Source: Limnothrix sp. BL-A-16
Lineage (GTDB): Bacteria > Cyanobacteriota > Cyanobacteriia > CACIAM-69d
Assembly: GCA_041937175.2 (NCBI GenBank)
Contig: CP166615.1
Span: 4,224,001-4,288,000 of the forward strand
Length of the DNA: 64,000 nt
Reading direction: 5' to 3'
Position 1 is the stretch's first letter. The number at the start of each line of letters is the position of its first letter. The notes below the pieces were generated by a model that worked only from the letters and a program-made list of their open reading frames with translations, made no database searches and was not told the DNA's origin. Of the stretch, positions 21,171-33,800 are shown piece by piece. The translations under genes and the position numbers were made by a program.

Positions 21171-22688
21171 ATGGCGAAGGTAAAAACCCGCTACGTTTGC
21201 AGCGCCTGCGGAGGCGTGGAAGCCCAAATGTTCGGGCGCTGTCCCAGTTGTGGCCAGTGGGGCACTCTGGTGGAAGAGGTGTTGGCTCCGGAACCCAGCG
21301 CCACGGGCCGAGCCGCCGTGGCCGCCACCACCCGATCGCGCAAGGGATCTCGCCCCCAAGAGCCGGCCAGCCCGATCGCGGCTCGTACCTTGGCCGAAAT
21401 TCGCGATCGCCCCCGATCTCGCTGGGCTTCTGGGTTTCGAGAACTCGATCGAGTTTTGGGCGGGGGAATTGTGCCCGGCTCCTTGGTGTTGATTGGCGGC
21501 GATCCGGGCATCGGTAAATCAACCCTGTTGTTGCAAACGGCTAACCAACTGGCTCGATCGCGCCGAGTCCTTTACGTTTGTGCCGAAGAATCGGGACAGC
21601 AGGTGAAGTTGCGGGCCCAGCGATTGGGGGTACAGGCTCCGGCGGCGGAATTGATCTCGGGCCAGCTCCCGGAGGAATCACCGGACGATCGCGCCGATTT
21701 ATACCTGCTGCCGGAAACGGATTTAGAGCCAATTTTGGCGGAAATTGAAAGCTTGCGACCGGCGATCGCCATTATCGACAGCGTGCAGGCGATTTATTTG
21801 CCCGCGCTGGCTTCTGCACCGGGATCCGTGGCCCAAGTGCGGGAATGTACTTCGGCCCTGATGCGGCTGGCCAAGCGGCAGGATGTGGCCATGTTGTTGG
21901 TGGGCCATGTGACCAAGGAGGGGGCGATCGCCGGGCCCAAGGTGCTGGAGCATTTGGTGGATACGGTGCTCTATTTTGAGGGCGATCGATTTGCCAGTTT
22001 TCGCCTGTTGCGATCGGTTAAAAATCGCTTTGGCGCAACCCAGGAGTTGGGTGTGTTTGAAATGGTCGATCGGGGGCTGTTGGAAGTGGCCAACCCCTCC
22101 GCCCTCTTTTTGGGCAACCGGGATGAGCGCGTCCCGGGCACGGCGACGATCGTGGCCTGCGAAGGAACCCGCCCGATCGTGGCGGAACTGCAAGCCCTCG
22201 TCAGCCCCACAAGTTATTCCTCGCCCCGCCGCGTCACCACGGGCATGGAATATAACCGGCTGCTGCAAATTCTGGCGGTGCTCGAAAAACGGGTGGGCGT
22301 GCCCCTGTCTCGGCTGGATGCCTATGTGTCCACCTCCGGCGGCCTGAGCGTGGAGGAACCGGCGGCGGATTTGGGGGTGGCCGTGGCCCTGGTGGCCAGT
22401 TTCCGCGATCGCATCGTTGATCCGGGCACGGTGCTGATTGGCGAGGTGGGTTTGGGCGGCCAAGTGCGCCCCGTTTCCCAACTGGAATTGCGGCTCAAGG
22501 AAGCCGCGAAATTAGGATTTAAACGGGCGATCGTGCCCAAGGGTTCCGATGTGCGAATTCGGGGAATGGAACTGATTCCCGTGGGGCGGTTGGTGGATGC
22601 GATCGGGGCGGCCATGGCGCGATCGATGGCGGCCGATGCCGCTCCCGATCCGGAAACCAGCGATCTCAGTGAGCAGCCCGTGGGTTAA
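21171..22688 (+). CDS. radA: DNA repair protein RadA/Sms
   Basis: C4 zinc finger, GDPGIGKS, KNRFG, Lon-like C-terminus. Confidence 0.96.
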   Translation: MAKVKTRYVCSACGGVEAQMFGRCPSCGQWGTLVEEVLAPEPSATGRAAVAATTRSRKGSRPQEPASPIAARTLAEIRDRPRSRWASGFRELDRVLGGGIVPGSLVLIGGDPGIGKSTLLLQTANQLARSRRVLYVCAEESGQQVKLRAQRLGVQAPAAELISGQLPEESPDDRADLYLLPETDLEPILAEIESLRPAIAIIDSVQAIYLPALASAPGSVAQVRECTSALMRLAKRQDVAMLLVGHVTKEGAIAGPKVLEHLVDTVLYFEGDRFASFRLLRSVKNRFGATQELGVFEMVDRGLLEVANPSALFLGNRDERVPGTATIVACEGTRPIVAELQALVSPTSYSSPRRVTTGMEYNRLLQILAVLEKRVGVPLSRLDAYVSTSGGLSVEEPAADLGVAVALVASFRDRIVDPGTVLIGEVGLGGQVRPVSQLELRLKEAAKLGFKRAIVPKGSDVRIRGMELIPVGRLVDAIGAAMARSMAADAAPDPETSDLSEQPVG

Positions 22689-23746
22689 CCCAAAGCGCCT
22701 AGGGGTTGGTTGCTGACCCGATCGCGCGGAATTTTGCGATCGAACAAACTGCCCAAAACGGCCGCCGGGCGAGCACTGTGGGGCCAAGCAAACGCATGGC
22801 GAAACGCTGCTTCTTGGCAGGCTTCCAACTGCTCAAAGTCAATCACATCCAAGGTCAGCAGGGTTTCGTATTCAAAGGGCAACCGCACATTATGCAACCC
22901 CGCATTGTCGGTGCAAATGGCAATTTCAACCCCCGCCTCAAAGCAGCGATCGAACACGGTTTTCAGTTCCCGTAAATCGCTCATGGTTCCCGTTTTGAGA
23001 TAGGTGGTGGGGCACACTTCCAAACATTGTCCCCGGCGGGCCAAATCGGGCAGCAGTTCGGGATATTGCAGGGGAATTTGAATCCCATGGCCAATTCGCA
23101 TCAACAGCGGCAAGAGGTCGGGACATTGCCCCATGGGCGTTTCGTAAACATGGCCTGTGGTTTTGAGACCGAGCGATCGCGCCAATTCGTATAGCTCAAT
23201 CCACTCATGCAATCGATCGCCATACAAGTCATCACCGCCCGCCAGGTCGATCGCGCAAACATAGTCCCGTGATTGGGCTGCTAGCTCCACGATCGCCCGA
23301 TTCACCTCATAGGGCAACTTGACATGCATACATAAAATTTGGCTGGTGACGATCGGGCAATCCACCACCTGGCTGGCCTGGCCCACCGTTTGCACAATGT
23401 CAGCCATCCGATCGATCCGCTCTCCCATCGGCAAATGCTCAGGGGTGCGCAGATAGGGCGTGTAGCGCAACTCCAAATAGGCCAAATTTTCAAAAATGTA
23501 GGCCCCCCGAATCAGGCGATAGATGAAATAGGGCAACATTTCCTGGGTCTGCACACTTTCCACCAACGAATGCAGCTCCAAATACTCCGCCAGGGTTTTG
23601 CGAGGACGGGTGTAGAAATCCTCAAATGCCCCATAGTCTGGAAATTGGGTCGTTAAGTCCGATCGATGCCGTTCAAAATAGCGCCACAGCACCCGAGGCA
23701 CGACCGAACCACCCAAATGCCGATGCAGTTCTGCATGTAATGCCAT
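22685..23746 (-). CDS. Adenosine deaminase family protein
   Basis: ELHRHLGGS, RIGHGI, EVCPT, ICTDN; ATG at 23746. Confidence 0.88.
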   Translation of the reverse strand: MALHAELHRHLGGSVVPRVLWRYFERHRSDLTTQFPDYGAFEDFYTRPRKTLAEYLELHSLVESVQTQEMLPYFIYRLIRGAYIFENLAYLELRYTPYLRTPEHLPMGERIDRMADIVQTVGQASQVVDCPIVTSQILCMHVKLPYEVNRAIVELAAQSRDYVCAIDLAGGDDLYGDRLHEWIELYELARSLGLKTTGHVYETPMGQCPDLLPLLMRIGHGIQIPLQYPELLPDLARRGQCLEVCPTTYLKTGTMSDLRELKTVFDRCFEAGVEIAICTDNAGLHNVRLPFEYETLLTLDVIDFEQLEACQEAAFRHAFAWPHSARPAAVLGSLFDRKIPRDRVSNQPLGALG

Positions 23747-23819
23747 AGAAGCGTCCCCGAGAGTACTGAGTCTTGCGAGCGATCGCGATCGAAGCTGGAA
23801 ATCGTCCCGATCGGGCCCA

Positions 23820-24031
23820 GGGCCTATCGTCAAATTGCCCAAAACCCGAGATCTGCCGTTAGCGGATCGTGGGGAGCAAGGGGCTTAGGGCTTGTCGTCG
23901 TTGAACCCGAAACCCTAGATCTGCCGTTAGCGGATCGTGGGGGACAAGGGGCTTAAGCCCCTTGTCTAAGACGATTGGGGAACGGAAAACCAACCGTTTC
24001 AGCATCACCTCGAAAAATGACGACAGGGCCC
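23820..24031. mobile_element. MITE family 'B': left part of one copy with a complete copy (23888-24031) inserted in its palindrome
   Basis: GGGCCTATCGTCA...CAAGGGGCT-TA-GGGCTTGTCGTCG...TGACGACAGGGCCC; internal GACAAGGGGCTTAAGCCCCTTGTC at 23943-23966. Confidence 0.8.
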
Positions 24032-24153
24032 AAGAACCGGCGATCATTTCGATATTTTTATTGTTGCTTAAGAAAATTAAATCGGGCGCGATCGCCCGAG
24101 CCTATATCCCCCCGAGCGATTTCACCCAGTCACCGCCTCGATCGCCCGGTTGA

Positions 24154-25539
<1,386 letters not shown>

Positions 25540-25580
25540 CCCGCAAGACCAGACTTGTAACCCCCTAGGGACAGGTTTGC

Positions 25581-25605
25581 TAGGGGCAGGCTGGAAACCT
25601 GCCCC
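25581..25605. repeat. REP-like hairpin / possible terminator after purA
   Basis: TAGGGGCAGG-CTGGAAA-CCTGCCCC. Confidence 0.55.
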
Positions 25606-25793
25606 GATGACAATCTCTTCCCGTTTTTGATCATTCCCGATCAAAATCACCTTGTGAAAGCAGTTCCTCAAGATTGGGGAATGGGGTTGAATTTCTGTTA
25701 ATATTCTCTGGCTTTCTACGCCGACGATAGCTCGATCGCCCGCCGATTCTTGCTTGACTAAGTGCGATCGATCCCACAATAGGAGAACCATCC

Positions 25794-26093
25794 ATGAGCC
25801 TTACTTTTGAAGCCCAAGTCCGCCCCGAAGGCAGCAAGCCCGGTGCTCTGCGTCGCGAAGGTTTGATTCCGGCGAACCTCTACGGTCACGACGGTGCAAA
25901 CTCGGTGTTGCTGACGATCAATGCCCGGGATTTGGGTTACATGCTGCGATCGGTTAAGGTGGGCGAAACTCCGGTTGAACTCACGATCGCTGATTTGAAC
26001 TGGAAGGGTTCCGTGGTGCTGCAAGAAGTGCAGAAGCACCCCTGGAAGTCAGCCATGGTCTATCACGTCAGCTTCCTGGCTGCTAAGGGCTAA
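25794..26093 (+). CDS. rplY: 50S ribosomal protein L25 (short form)
   Basis: ALRREGLIPANLYG, QEVQKHPWK...HVSF; AGGAG RBS. Confidence 0.92.
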   Translation: MSLTFEAQVRPEGSKPGALRREGLIPANLYGHDGANSVLLTINARDLGYMLRSVKVGETPVELTIADLNWKGSVVLQEVQKHPWKSAMVYHVSFLAAKG

Positions 26094-26335
26094 ATCGCCT
26101 GGCAATCGGACGGGATGCTTGATGAAGCGAAGGTAGGGCAATTGAGTTTCGATTGCCCTACTTTGTGTTTTGAACATATTTTGAACCCATGTTGAACCCA
26201 TGTTGAACTGGGAACCCTGGGCGTTCAACCCGTTTGATTGAGAGTTTTTGAGCGTTTGTTGCATTGCATTCGTTGCATTGAACCTGTTGAATTCAAGCAG
26301 CGAAATTGAGCCAGTCCCCCTCAGGAGTTTTGTGC

Positions 26336-27889
26336 ATGGATTCGACGCTGCCGCCCTTGGTGCAACAGATGCTTCAGCCGGAGTTCTATCCCCATCCGGT
26401 GCAGGAGCCGATCGCCCTGATTCAAACCCACGTTTCCTTTGTGTTCATCACCGGAGACTGGGTTTATAAACTGAAGAAGCCGGTGAACTTTGGCTTTTTG
26501 GACTATTCCACTCTGGAGCGGCGTAAGGAATTTTGTGCTCAAGAAATTGCGCTCAACCAACGCAGCGCAGCGGAACTCTATGTGGGCGTAGTTCCCATTA
26601 TTCAAACGGGCGATCGCTACCAATTGGCGGAAATGGGTGAAGCCACCCAAACTGAGGCCGAAAACTCAGTGGTGGAATATGCCGTCAAAATGCATCAGTT
26701 TCCTCAGGAAAATTTGATGAGCGCCCGGTTCGATCGTGGCGAAATCACCGAAGCAGACATCATTGAGCTGGCTCGGGTGGTGGCGGAATTTCACCGCACC
26801 GCTCCCACCAGCGATTACATCAATTCCTTTGGGGAAATCCCCCAAATTAAAGTTTCCTTTGATGAAAACTTTCAACAGACCACGGGCTATATTGGCGGGC
26901 CCCAAACCCAAGCGCAATTTGACCTGACCCAAAGTTGGACAGAAACATTTTTTGCGGAAAATGGGGCACTATTCCAAAGTCGTGTGGCCGGTGGGTTCAT
27001 TCGCAATGGCCATGGTGATTTGCACTTGGGCAATATCTGTTGGCTGAACGATCGCCCGCTGTTGTTTGACTGCATTGAGTTCAACGAACCTTTCCGGTTT
27101 GTGGACACAATTTACGATGTGGCTTTTTTGGCCATGGACTTGGAAGCGCGGGGCCGCATTGATTTGGCCAACGCCTTTGTCAATGAGTATGCGGAGCGAT
27201 CGGGCGATTGGGCCGGGTTGGCCCTGTTGCCGCTGTATCTGAGCCGCCAATCCTACGTGCGAGCCAAGGTCACCTCCTTTTTGCTGAACGATCCGGCAAT
27301 TCCCGAGGCCGATCGGGCCGCCGCCCACGATCGGGCCGCTGCTTACTATCGCCAAGCGGCCAGCTATGCCCAACCCCGATCGGGTCAGGTAATTTTGATG
27401 TGTGGCCTGTCGGGATCGGGTAAATCAACCGTGGCTCGGCAATTGGCTCGCCAAACCAACGGGATTCAGATTCGATCGGACGCGGTGCGCAAACATCTGG
27501 GCGCTGTGCCCCTCGATCAAAAGGGACCGCAATCCCTTTACAGCGCCGAAATGACCGCCAAAACCTACGATCACCTGCTGCAATTGGGGCTGGATTTGGC
27601 CAGTCGGGGCGAAACGGTGATTCTTGATGCCAAGTATGATCGCCAAGCCTTGCGCCAAACGGTGATTGCCGCCACCCAAGAACGGGAATTGGATTTGGAA
27701 ATTGTCCATTGCCAAGCCCCGATCGAGGTGCTGCGCGATCGGCTCAATCAGCGAACCGGCGACATTGCCGATGCCACGGCTGATCTACTGGCGGCCCAAG
27801 TGGCGGCCTTCGAGGCCTTCAGCAATGAAGAGCGCCTTTGGGTGCGCGAGGTAGACACAGCCCGGGGGGGCGATTTAAAGTTGCAGTAG
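26336..27889 (+). CDS. Bifunctional aminoglycoside-phosphotransferase-like / AAA ATP-binding protein
   Basis: QTHVS, YKLKKPV, HGDLHLGN, FDCIEF, then P-loop GLSGSGKS. Confidence 0.9.
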   Translation: MDSTLPPLVQQMLQPEFYPHPVQEPIALIQTHVSFVFITGDWVYKLKKPVNFGFLDYSTLERRKEFCAQEIALNQRSAAELYVGVVPIIQTGDRYQLAEMGEATQTEAENSVVEYAVKMHQFPQENLMSARFDRGEITEADIIELARVVAEFHRTAPTSDYINSFGEIPQIKVSFDENFQQTTGYIGGPQTQAQFDLTQSWTETFFAENGALFQSRVAGGFIRNGHGDLHLGNICWLNDRPLLFDCIEFNEPFRFVDTIYDVAFLAMDLEARGRIDLANAFVNEYAERSGDWAGLALLPLYLSRQSYVRAKVTSFLLNDPAIPEADRAAAHDRAAAYYRQAASYAQPRSGQVILMCGLSGSGKSTVARQLARQTNGIQIRSDAVRKHLGAVPLDQKGPQSLYSAEMTAKTYDHLLQLGLDLASRGETVILDAKYDRQALRQTVIAATQERELDLEIVHCQAPIEVLRDRLNQRTGDIADATADLLAAQVAAFEAFSNEERLWVREVDTARGGDLKLQ

Positions 27890-28043
27890 CTGATTTTCCC
27901 GGTGGCGGCTGTTGGCCCTGCGCAAGTTACCTGCGGTCATTGGTGCTGAGTGAATTGGTGCTGAGTAATCTGGCTCCCAATTCGCACTCAGTACTTGGCA
28001 AATTTGGGCAACGGCCGCCCCGATCGCGACAATCCCCAGACCC

Positions 28044-28352
28044 GTGAGCTATCTGTATCAAGGCTTAGTTTGGTTCTTGCTGTTTTGGCTTGCCCTGGTG
28101 GGGGTGGGCTACGGCACGCTGTCAGCTTTGGTGCTGGCGACCTTTGGTGGTGCTGCTGGATCGATTATTTCCGTGTGGTGGCAGCAGCCGGCCGCCGATC
28201 CGGTGGTGACGCGGCGAACGTTCGATCGGGTGGAACGTGCGCCGCGTCCCTATCCTTATGAAACCCTGGAATCTTCGCGCCTCAAGCGCCAGGGTCGTCG
28301 CCGTCGCCAAATTGGCTGGCTAGATCAGTGGTTGCGGGTGCGGCCTCGCTAG
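28044..28352 (+). CDS. Hypothetical small membrane protein
   Basis: Two N-terminal hydrophobic helices and a basic tail; fills the gap between co-oriented genes. Confidence 0.6.
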   Translation: MSYLYQGLVWFLLFWLALVGVGYGTLSALVLATFGGAAGSIISVWWQQPAADPVVTRRTFDRVERAPRPYPYETLESSRLKRQGRRRRQIGWLDQWLRVRPR

Positions 28353-28522
28353 GTTGATAAAACGGCTCATCGGTATTACCCAGCGGCAGGAAATTTTTTC
28401 AGGGTGAGTGCCTTGTTTTCAGGGTGAGTGTATTGTCTTAACCCAAGTGCTCTGACTGAGAGCTGACCGTTGTTACGGAGTTCAACAGTCGGCAGCACCC
28501 ACCGAAGAGGAAACAAGCAACC

Positions 28523-30742
28523 GTGTGGCAATGGGGTCAATGGCGCGATCAACGCCTGCCTTGGCAAACGCGCCAGGTCGCGGATGTTTTGTTGGTGGCG
28601 GCGGTGGCCGGTGGCTTGCTGTTGGCTCGCTCTTGGGGCTGGCTCCAGCAGGCGGAGTTGGTGGCCTATGACTGGCTGATTCGGGCCCGATCGACCCCAC
28701 CCCTGCGCGATCGGGTGGTGATTGTGGGGGTGGATGAACCGGATATTCAATTTTTGAAGATTTGGCCTGCCCGAGATCGAGACCTAGCCCAACTATTGGA
28801 AACGCTCGTGGCGGCTCGTCCCGTGGCGATCGGGCTGGATATTTACCGAGATTTGCCCCTGCCACCGGGCAAGGAACACCTAGAGGAAATTTTTCAGAAC
28901 AGTCCCGTCCCGATCGTCGGCATTCGGCTGATGCCCGATTCGGAAAAAAAGGGAATTCTGCCTGCGCCGGCCTTGGCTCGCTATCAGCAAATTGGGTTTA
29001 ACAACATCATCATTGATCCCGATCGGCTGGTGCGCCGCCACATTCTCTATTGGTGGCATACGGATCCAAAAACGCGCCAACGCCAAATGCATCAGAGCTT
29101 TGCCTTTGTGTTGGCCCAACTGTATTTGCAGCAGCGTCAAATTACCCTGACCAAAACCGAAGATCCGACTCAACTGCAACTGGGGCGGCTGCGGTTGTCC
29201 CCGATCGATCCCAACAGTGGCGGCTATCAGGGCATTGATGCCGGTGGTTACCAAATCCTGGCCGATTGGCGGGGCCCCTCCAGAACCGTGCCGGTGGTTT
29301 GGTGGCGGGACGTGGTGCAGGGGAAGGTGTCGCCCGCGCAACTCAGTGGGCGAATTGTGGTGATTGGGGCCATGACCGAAAGCCTCAAGGACTATGCCTA
29401 CACGCCCTACAGCAACCAAGGGCGGGATTCGGCCCAACCCATCTTTGGCGCGGAATTGCAGGCCCAGGCGATCGAACAACTGTTGGAGTCCGCGATCGAG
29501 GGGCGGCCGCCCATTCGCACTTGGCCCGACTGGGTGGAACAGGTTTGGATTTTGTTGTGGACCGCGGCCGGGGCGATCGACGTGAAGCGATCGCGCTCCA
29601 TGGGCCAAGCGGCTTTCCACCTGGCCTTAGCCCTGTTAGGAATCGGCAGTTTCACCAGCCTGAGTCTTTGGTGGGGGTGGTGGATCCCGATCGTGCCGGT
29701 GGCCCTGGGCACGCTGGCCAGCGCCGGGGGGCTGTGGTTGCTGGCCTTTCAGCGGCAACAGGAACAGACCCGATCGACCCTCTTTTTTCAGCAAGTCTTG
29801 GCCGCTATTCCTGAGCCACTGTTTGTGAAAGACCAAAATCGGCGCTGGATTGCTGTGAATCCCGCTTTTTGCAACTTTACGGGGCTAACCACCACAGATC
29901 TGTTGGGGAAACGGGCAGAGGATGTGTTTTCTCCTGAGTTGGCCGCCGCCCTCACGGCGGAGGATCAACGGGCGATCGACCAGTTGGGGCCCGCCGAAAC
30001 CCAGTTCGCCTGGCCCGATCCCTTTGGTCGGGAACGAATGGTGAGCACCAAGCGCACCCTCCACCGCGATCGGGCCGGGAATCAGTTCCTCGTGGGGGTG
30101 ATGCGTGATATTACCGAGCAGTGCCGAGCCGAAGCGGAATTACGCCGCACCGCCGCCGAACTGCGGGACTACACCCAGCAACTGGAGCTAGCCCACGATG
30201 TGTTGCAATACCAAGCCCGTCACGATGGCCTCACGGGATTGGTGAACCGTAAATATTTTTATGAGCGCTTGGATGTGGCGCTGCAACAAGCCCGCCAGGA
30301 TCGATTCATGAGCGCGGTTTTATATTTGGACTTGGATGGGTTCAAGGCCGTGAACGACACCTTGGGCCATCGGGCCGGCGATCTGTTGTTGATTGAATGC
30401 GCCCAACGCCTCACCCAAAACCTGCGGGGCAGCGACACGATCGCCCGATTTGGTGGTGATGAATTTGTGGCGCTGTTGCCGGCCATTCCCCAAGGGGACG
30501 TGGCGGCCAGGGTGGCGGAAAAACTTCTGGCCGCCGTCAGCAAGCCCTATCGCGTTGAGGGCTGCGATTGCCAAATTACGGTCAGCATTGGCGTGGCCCT
30601 GTTTCCCGACGATGCGGAAACGGCCGATCAACTCATTGAATATGCCGATTCCGCCATGTTTGCGGCCAAGGGAATGGGGAAAAATGCGTTTTGTCTCTAC
30701 GGCGAGCCACCGGCCCAGCCCGATCGGGTTCTGAGAGGCTAG
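28523..30742 (+). CDS. CHASE2-TM-PAS-GGDEF diguanylate cyclase
   Basis: CHASE2 (IVGVDE...WP, AIGLDIYRD), three TM helices, PAS, intact GGDEF with RGSD I-site. Confidence 0.92.
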   Translation: MWQWGQWRDQRLPWQTRQVADVLLVAAVAGGLLLARSWGWLQQAELVAYDWLIRARSTPPLRDRVVIVGVDEPDIQFLKIWPARDRDLAQLLETLVAARPVAIGLDIYRDLPLPPGKEHLEEIFQNSPVPIVGIRLMPDSEKKGILPAPALARYQQIGFNNIIIDPDRLVRRHILYWWHTDPKTRQRQMHQSFAFVLAQLYLQQRQITLTKTEDPTQLQLGRLRLSPIDPNSGGYQGIDAGGYQILADWRGPSRTVPVVWWRDVVQGKVSPAQLSGRIVVIGAMTESLKDYAYTPYSNQGRDSAQPIFGAELQAQAIEQLLESAIEGRPPIRTWPDWVEQVWILLWTAAGAIDVKRSRSMGQAAFHLALALLGIGSFTSLSLWWGWWIPIVPVALGTLASAGGLWLLAFQRQQEQTRSTLFFQQVLAAIPEPLFVKDQNRRWIAVNPAFCNFTGLTTTDLLGKRAEDVFSPELAAALTAEDQRAIDQLGPAETQFAWPDPFGRERMVSTKRTLHRDRAGNQFLVGVMRDITEQCRAEAELRRTAAELRDYTQQLELAHDVLQYQARHDGLTGLVNRKYFYERLDVALQQARQDRFMSAVLYLDLDGFKAVNDTLGHRAGDLLLIECAQRLTQNLRGSDTIARFGGDEFVALLPAIPQGDVAARVAEKLLAAVSKPYRVEGCDCQITVSIGVALFPDDAETADQLIEYADSAMFAAKGMGKNAFCLYGEPPAQPDRVLRG

Positions 30743-30819
30743 TCAAGGCAATCAGGCTAATGTTCAGAAGTTACACTGCCGCAACTAGGAACGTTGACTT
30801 TTAGAACTGATTGGACGAA

Positions 30820-33800
30820 TCATGCAAAGCGATCGCTCGTATAGGCTCTGATGGGTCTGGGTTTCACAGTTTGCCAGGGGTAACGGGGTTGAAGCTTATT
30901 AAGTGGAAAACTGGCAAGGCGATTCTCGATGTGAGTTTTCTCTTCATCTGTCAATCCAAACATTGCATAAACCGTATCATCAATCCGATTCAGTACGGCA
31001 AAGAAATCGGACTCAACCCGATGAAAACCAGCCGATTGCTGCCGATAATCTTTCATTAAAGCAGCATAATCTTGAGGAACCAGCAATTTCTGGATAATTG
31101 CTCTAGAAATGGTTGTTTCCTCCTCAGAATTCAGGGTCAGAAGTTTGTAGACCAGTTCAGCAACATCGGCATCGACGAGTTCCAGCGAAAACAATCCGGC
31201 TCGAATATAGTTACCGTCTAAGGTGAGTTCTTCCACATAAACATCTTCGGTACTCCAATTAGCAAAGTTGAGTCCTAAGTTGCGATCGCTCAATTTATAA
31301 CGACTCGTTTTGATTCTAGTTTCTACTTCCGATAAGAGCCATTCATCGGGGTTATTTTTAGCGATCGCGGCGAGTCGAGCCAGTTCGTTATACCCGGCTA
31401 CTAGCTCTTGTTCGATCATTGGATCAAGAGTTCTGACCCAGGGCAATGCTTCAAGTGTACGAGGGTAAATGTGGGCACGAGATGAGCCTTCCAGGACTCC
31501 TGTTCGCAACCTTGTTAGATAATAAAAGCGAGCCAACTTGCTATTTATATAAGCAGCAACAACTTTCGGATTAAGATCCGTCTTCGGTAATGCAACAATC
31601 AGAGAATCAACAGCAGCGGTATTCTCGCCAGTTACAAGAGTTGCTGTAGGAGCTAAAGCAATGTTAGTCACAGCTAGAAAAGATGCATAGGTTTGATCTG
31701 CCCATAAACTGAGTTTGCCGTATGGTCTTTCTCGAACAGTATCTAGGTCAACCCAGCCAACTGGTTCTCCTGACCAACCGACTGATATACTACGTCCCGC
31801 AACAACTTGAACAGAATTTGTACTGGTGGATTCTTCTGTAACTTCTGTTCCGCCCCGTTGAATTCCATAGGTAAACCAAAAGGGGCGATTATTACGGCTC
31901 AATTGTCGGGCGACTGCTTCCTTCAACTCAACAACGTTGCTACCATTCCCATTGGGATATAACTTCTTCAAAATGGGTACATCTTCAGGATACAAAAGGG
32001 GTAATAAATAGTCTCCCCATAGGCCCTCTCGTGGATTACTGGGATCGATATCAGTCACTCTAGGGCTAACTTTGACATCAAAAAAGTCATTGTACTTAAT
32101 TTTTACGGGTGGCTCACTACTTTGCCATATTGACGGGACATACAGTTCAATTTCATCACTGTCCTGTGCCGTAGCTTTTTCAATCACTAACAGCATTGGA
32201 ATTACATTGGCATCCCACTGTTTCCCAGAAAACTCTAACCAAACTATTTTGCGTAATGCAGCTTCCCGCCCTGGATAAAGCAACTTCCAAACCTTTGCCG
32301 CTGCTTCTGAATTGGCGTAGCCACCGCTCACTACCATGCCCAACCAGCCGCCAGATTCCAAAGATTCCGTCAACGCACGGTAGAGAAACACTAAGCCAGT
32401 ATCCGCATTCTGTCCCCAAATTTGGTGCCATAGCCCGCGCATCTCATCGTTATATTTCACCCGCTCTGCCCGAATGTAGGGAGGGTTGCCCACAATATAT
32501 TTCCACTGCTTACTATCCCGCTCTGCGGAGCCAGGAGCCAAGAAACCTGCTCCTAGTAGCGGAACCAGATCGGATTCCCGCAGCAAGCTATTTAGGTTAT
32601 AGATATGAATTTTAGGAATATCTGCGGGGGTGGTTGAGGGTTTGAAGCGTACCAGTGCCCACATTAATTGAAAGTGGCTGATAAATGCTGCAAATGGGTT
32701 GAGATCAAATCCCCAAACGGTAGCTTGTAATTCTTGTGAAACGGCATCTGAATCAAGCCCTCTTGTTTTTGCATCTTTCAGACACCGATGGATGTATCGC
32801 ACTAAAAATGAACCACTTCCACAGGAGGGATCAAGCAATGTGCCTTCACCGTTCTGCAATACGGTTTGCTCCAACAACCAATCCACGATCGATGGTGGTG
32901 TATAAAATTCTCCTAACCGTTTCCGTTTAGCAGGAGGTAAGAAAGTTTGATAAATATCTCCCAGAATTTCTTCCGACAATCCAGAAAAGTCGTAAGCATT
33001 GAATCGAAGAATTAGACGCTGCAATGCTTCATCTAATGCACCGTTGGTTTCGTAAATCCAATCAAATAAATTTCGCTCAAAGGGTTCATGATACAGCCGT
33101 CCGACATCTTCTGCTACCAATTGCACTAACGCCTTAGCATCCCCTGTTAATTGATCTACAAACGCTGCCCAATCTTTGGGACCACCATTCGATAACCGCC
33201 GTTTTTTCGTCAGCTTTAAATCTTCTACCAATCGCAAAAACAGCACACGAGCAACTAGCACTGCAACTGAATCAGCTACAAAAGATTCTTGAATCCGCTG
33301 TTTAAGTTCATCCTCCCTCAATTTTTTGCCATTCTTATCGATAACTCGCCCATACTGATCTTCAAAGCGAGGTAGAAGATCCTCTAACAGGTGTCGATGA
33401 AAGTCAAACTTAAACCGCAACCGCACTAATGCCCGTCGCTGAGTGTCGCCTGTATCTACTAAATTGCGCTGAATTTCCTGTTCCTGTTGTTTAAATTCTT
33501 CATACTGTTGGATGAGTGTGGCGATTACCTGTTCTGCTGCTGTACTGAGTTCAGTAAAGCTCATTTGCAAATCTTGGCGCAAACGGTCTAATATTTCTGG
33601 TGCATCAAGTTTTAAGTAAACATAGGGTAATTGTCCATCAATGAATGTTGCCCATTGATTGCCATGTGTTGCCTGTTCATAGGAGATAAATTTAAGTTTT
33701 TCTTTTAATTCTTCAAACGTTATTTCAGACAAGTTGCATGGTTCTTCAAATCCTGAAACAGGATCCCCTGTAGGTAAGACAATCCAGAGATAACGGGCTG

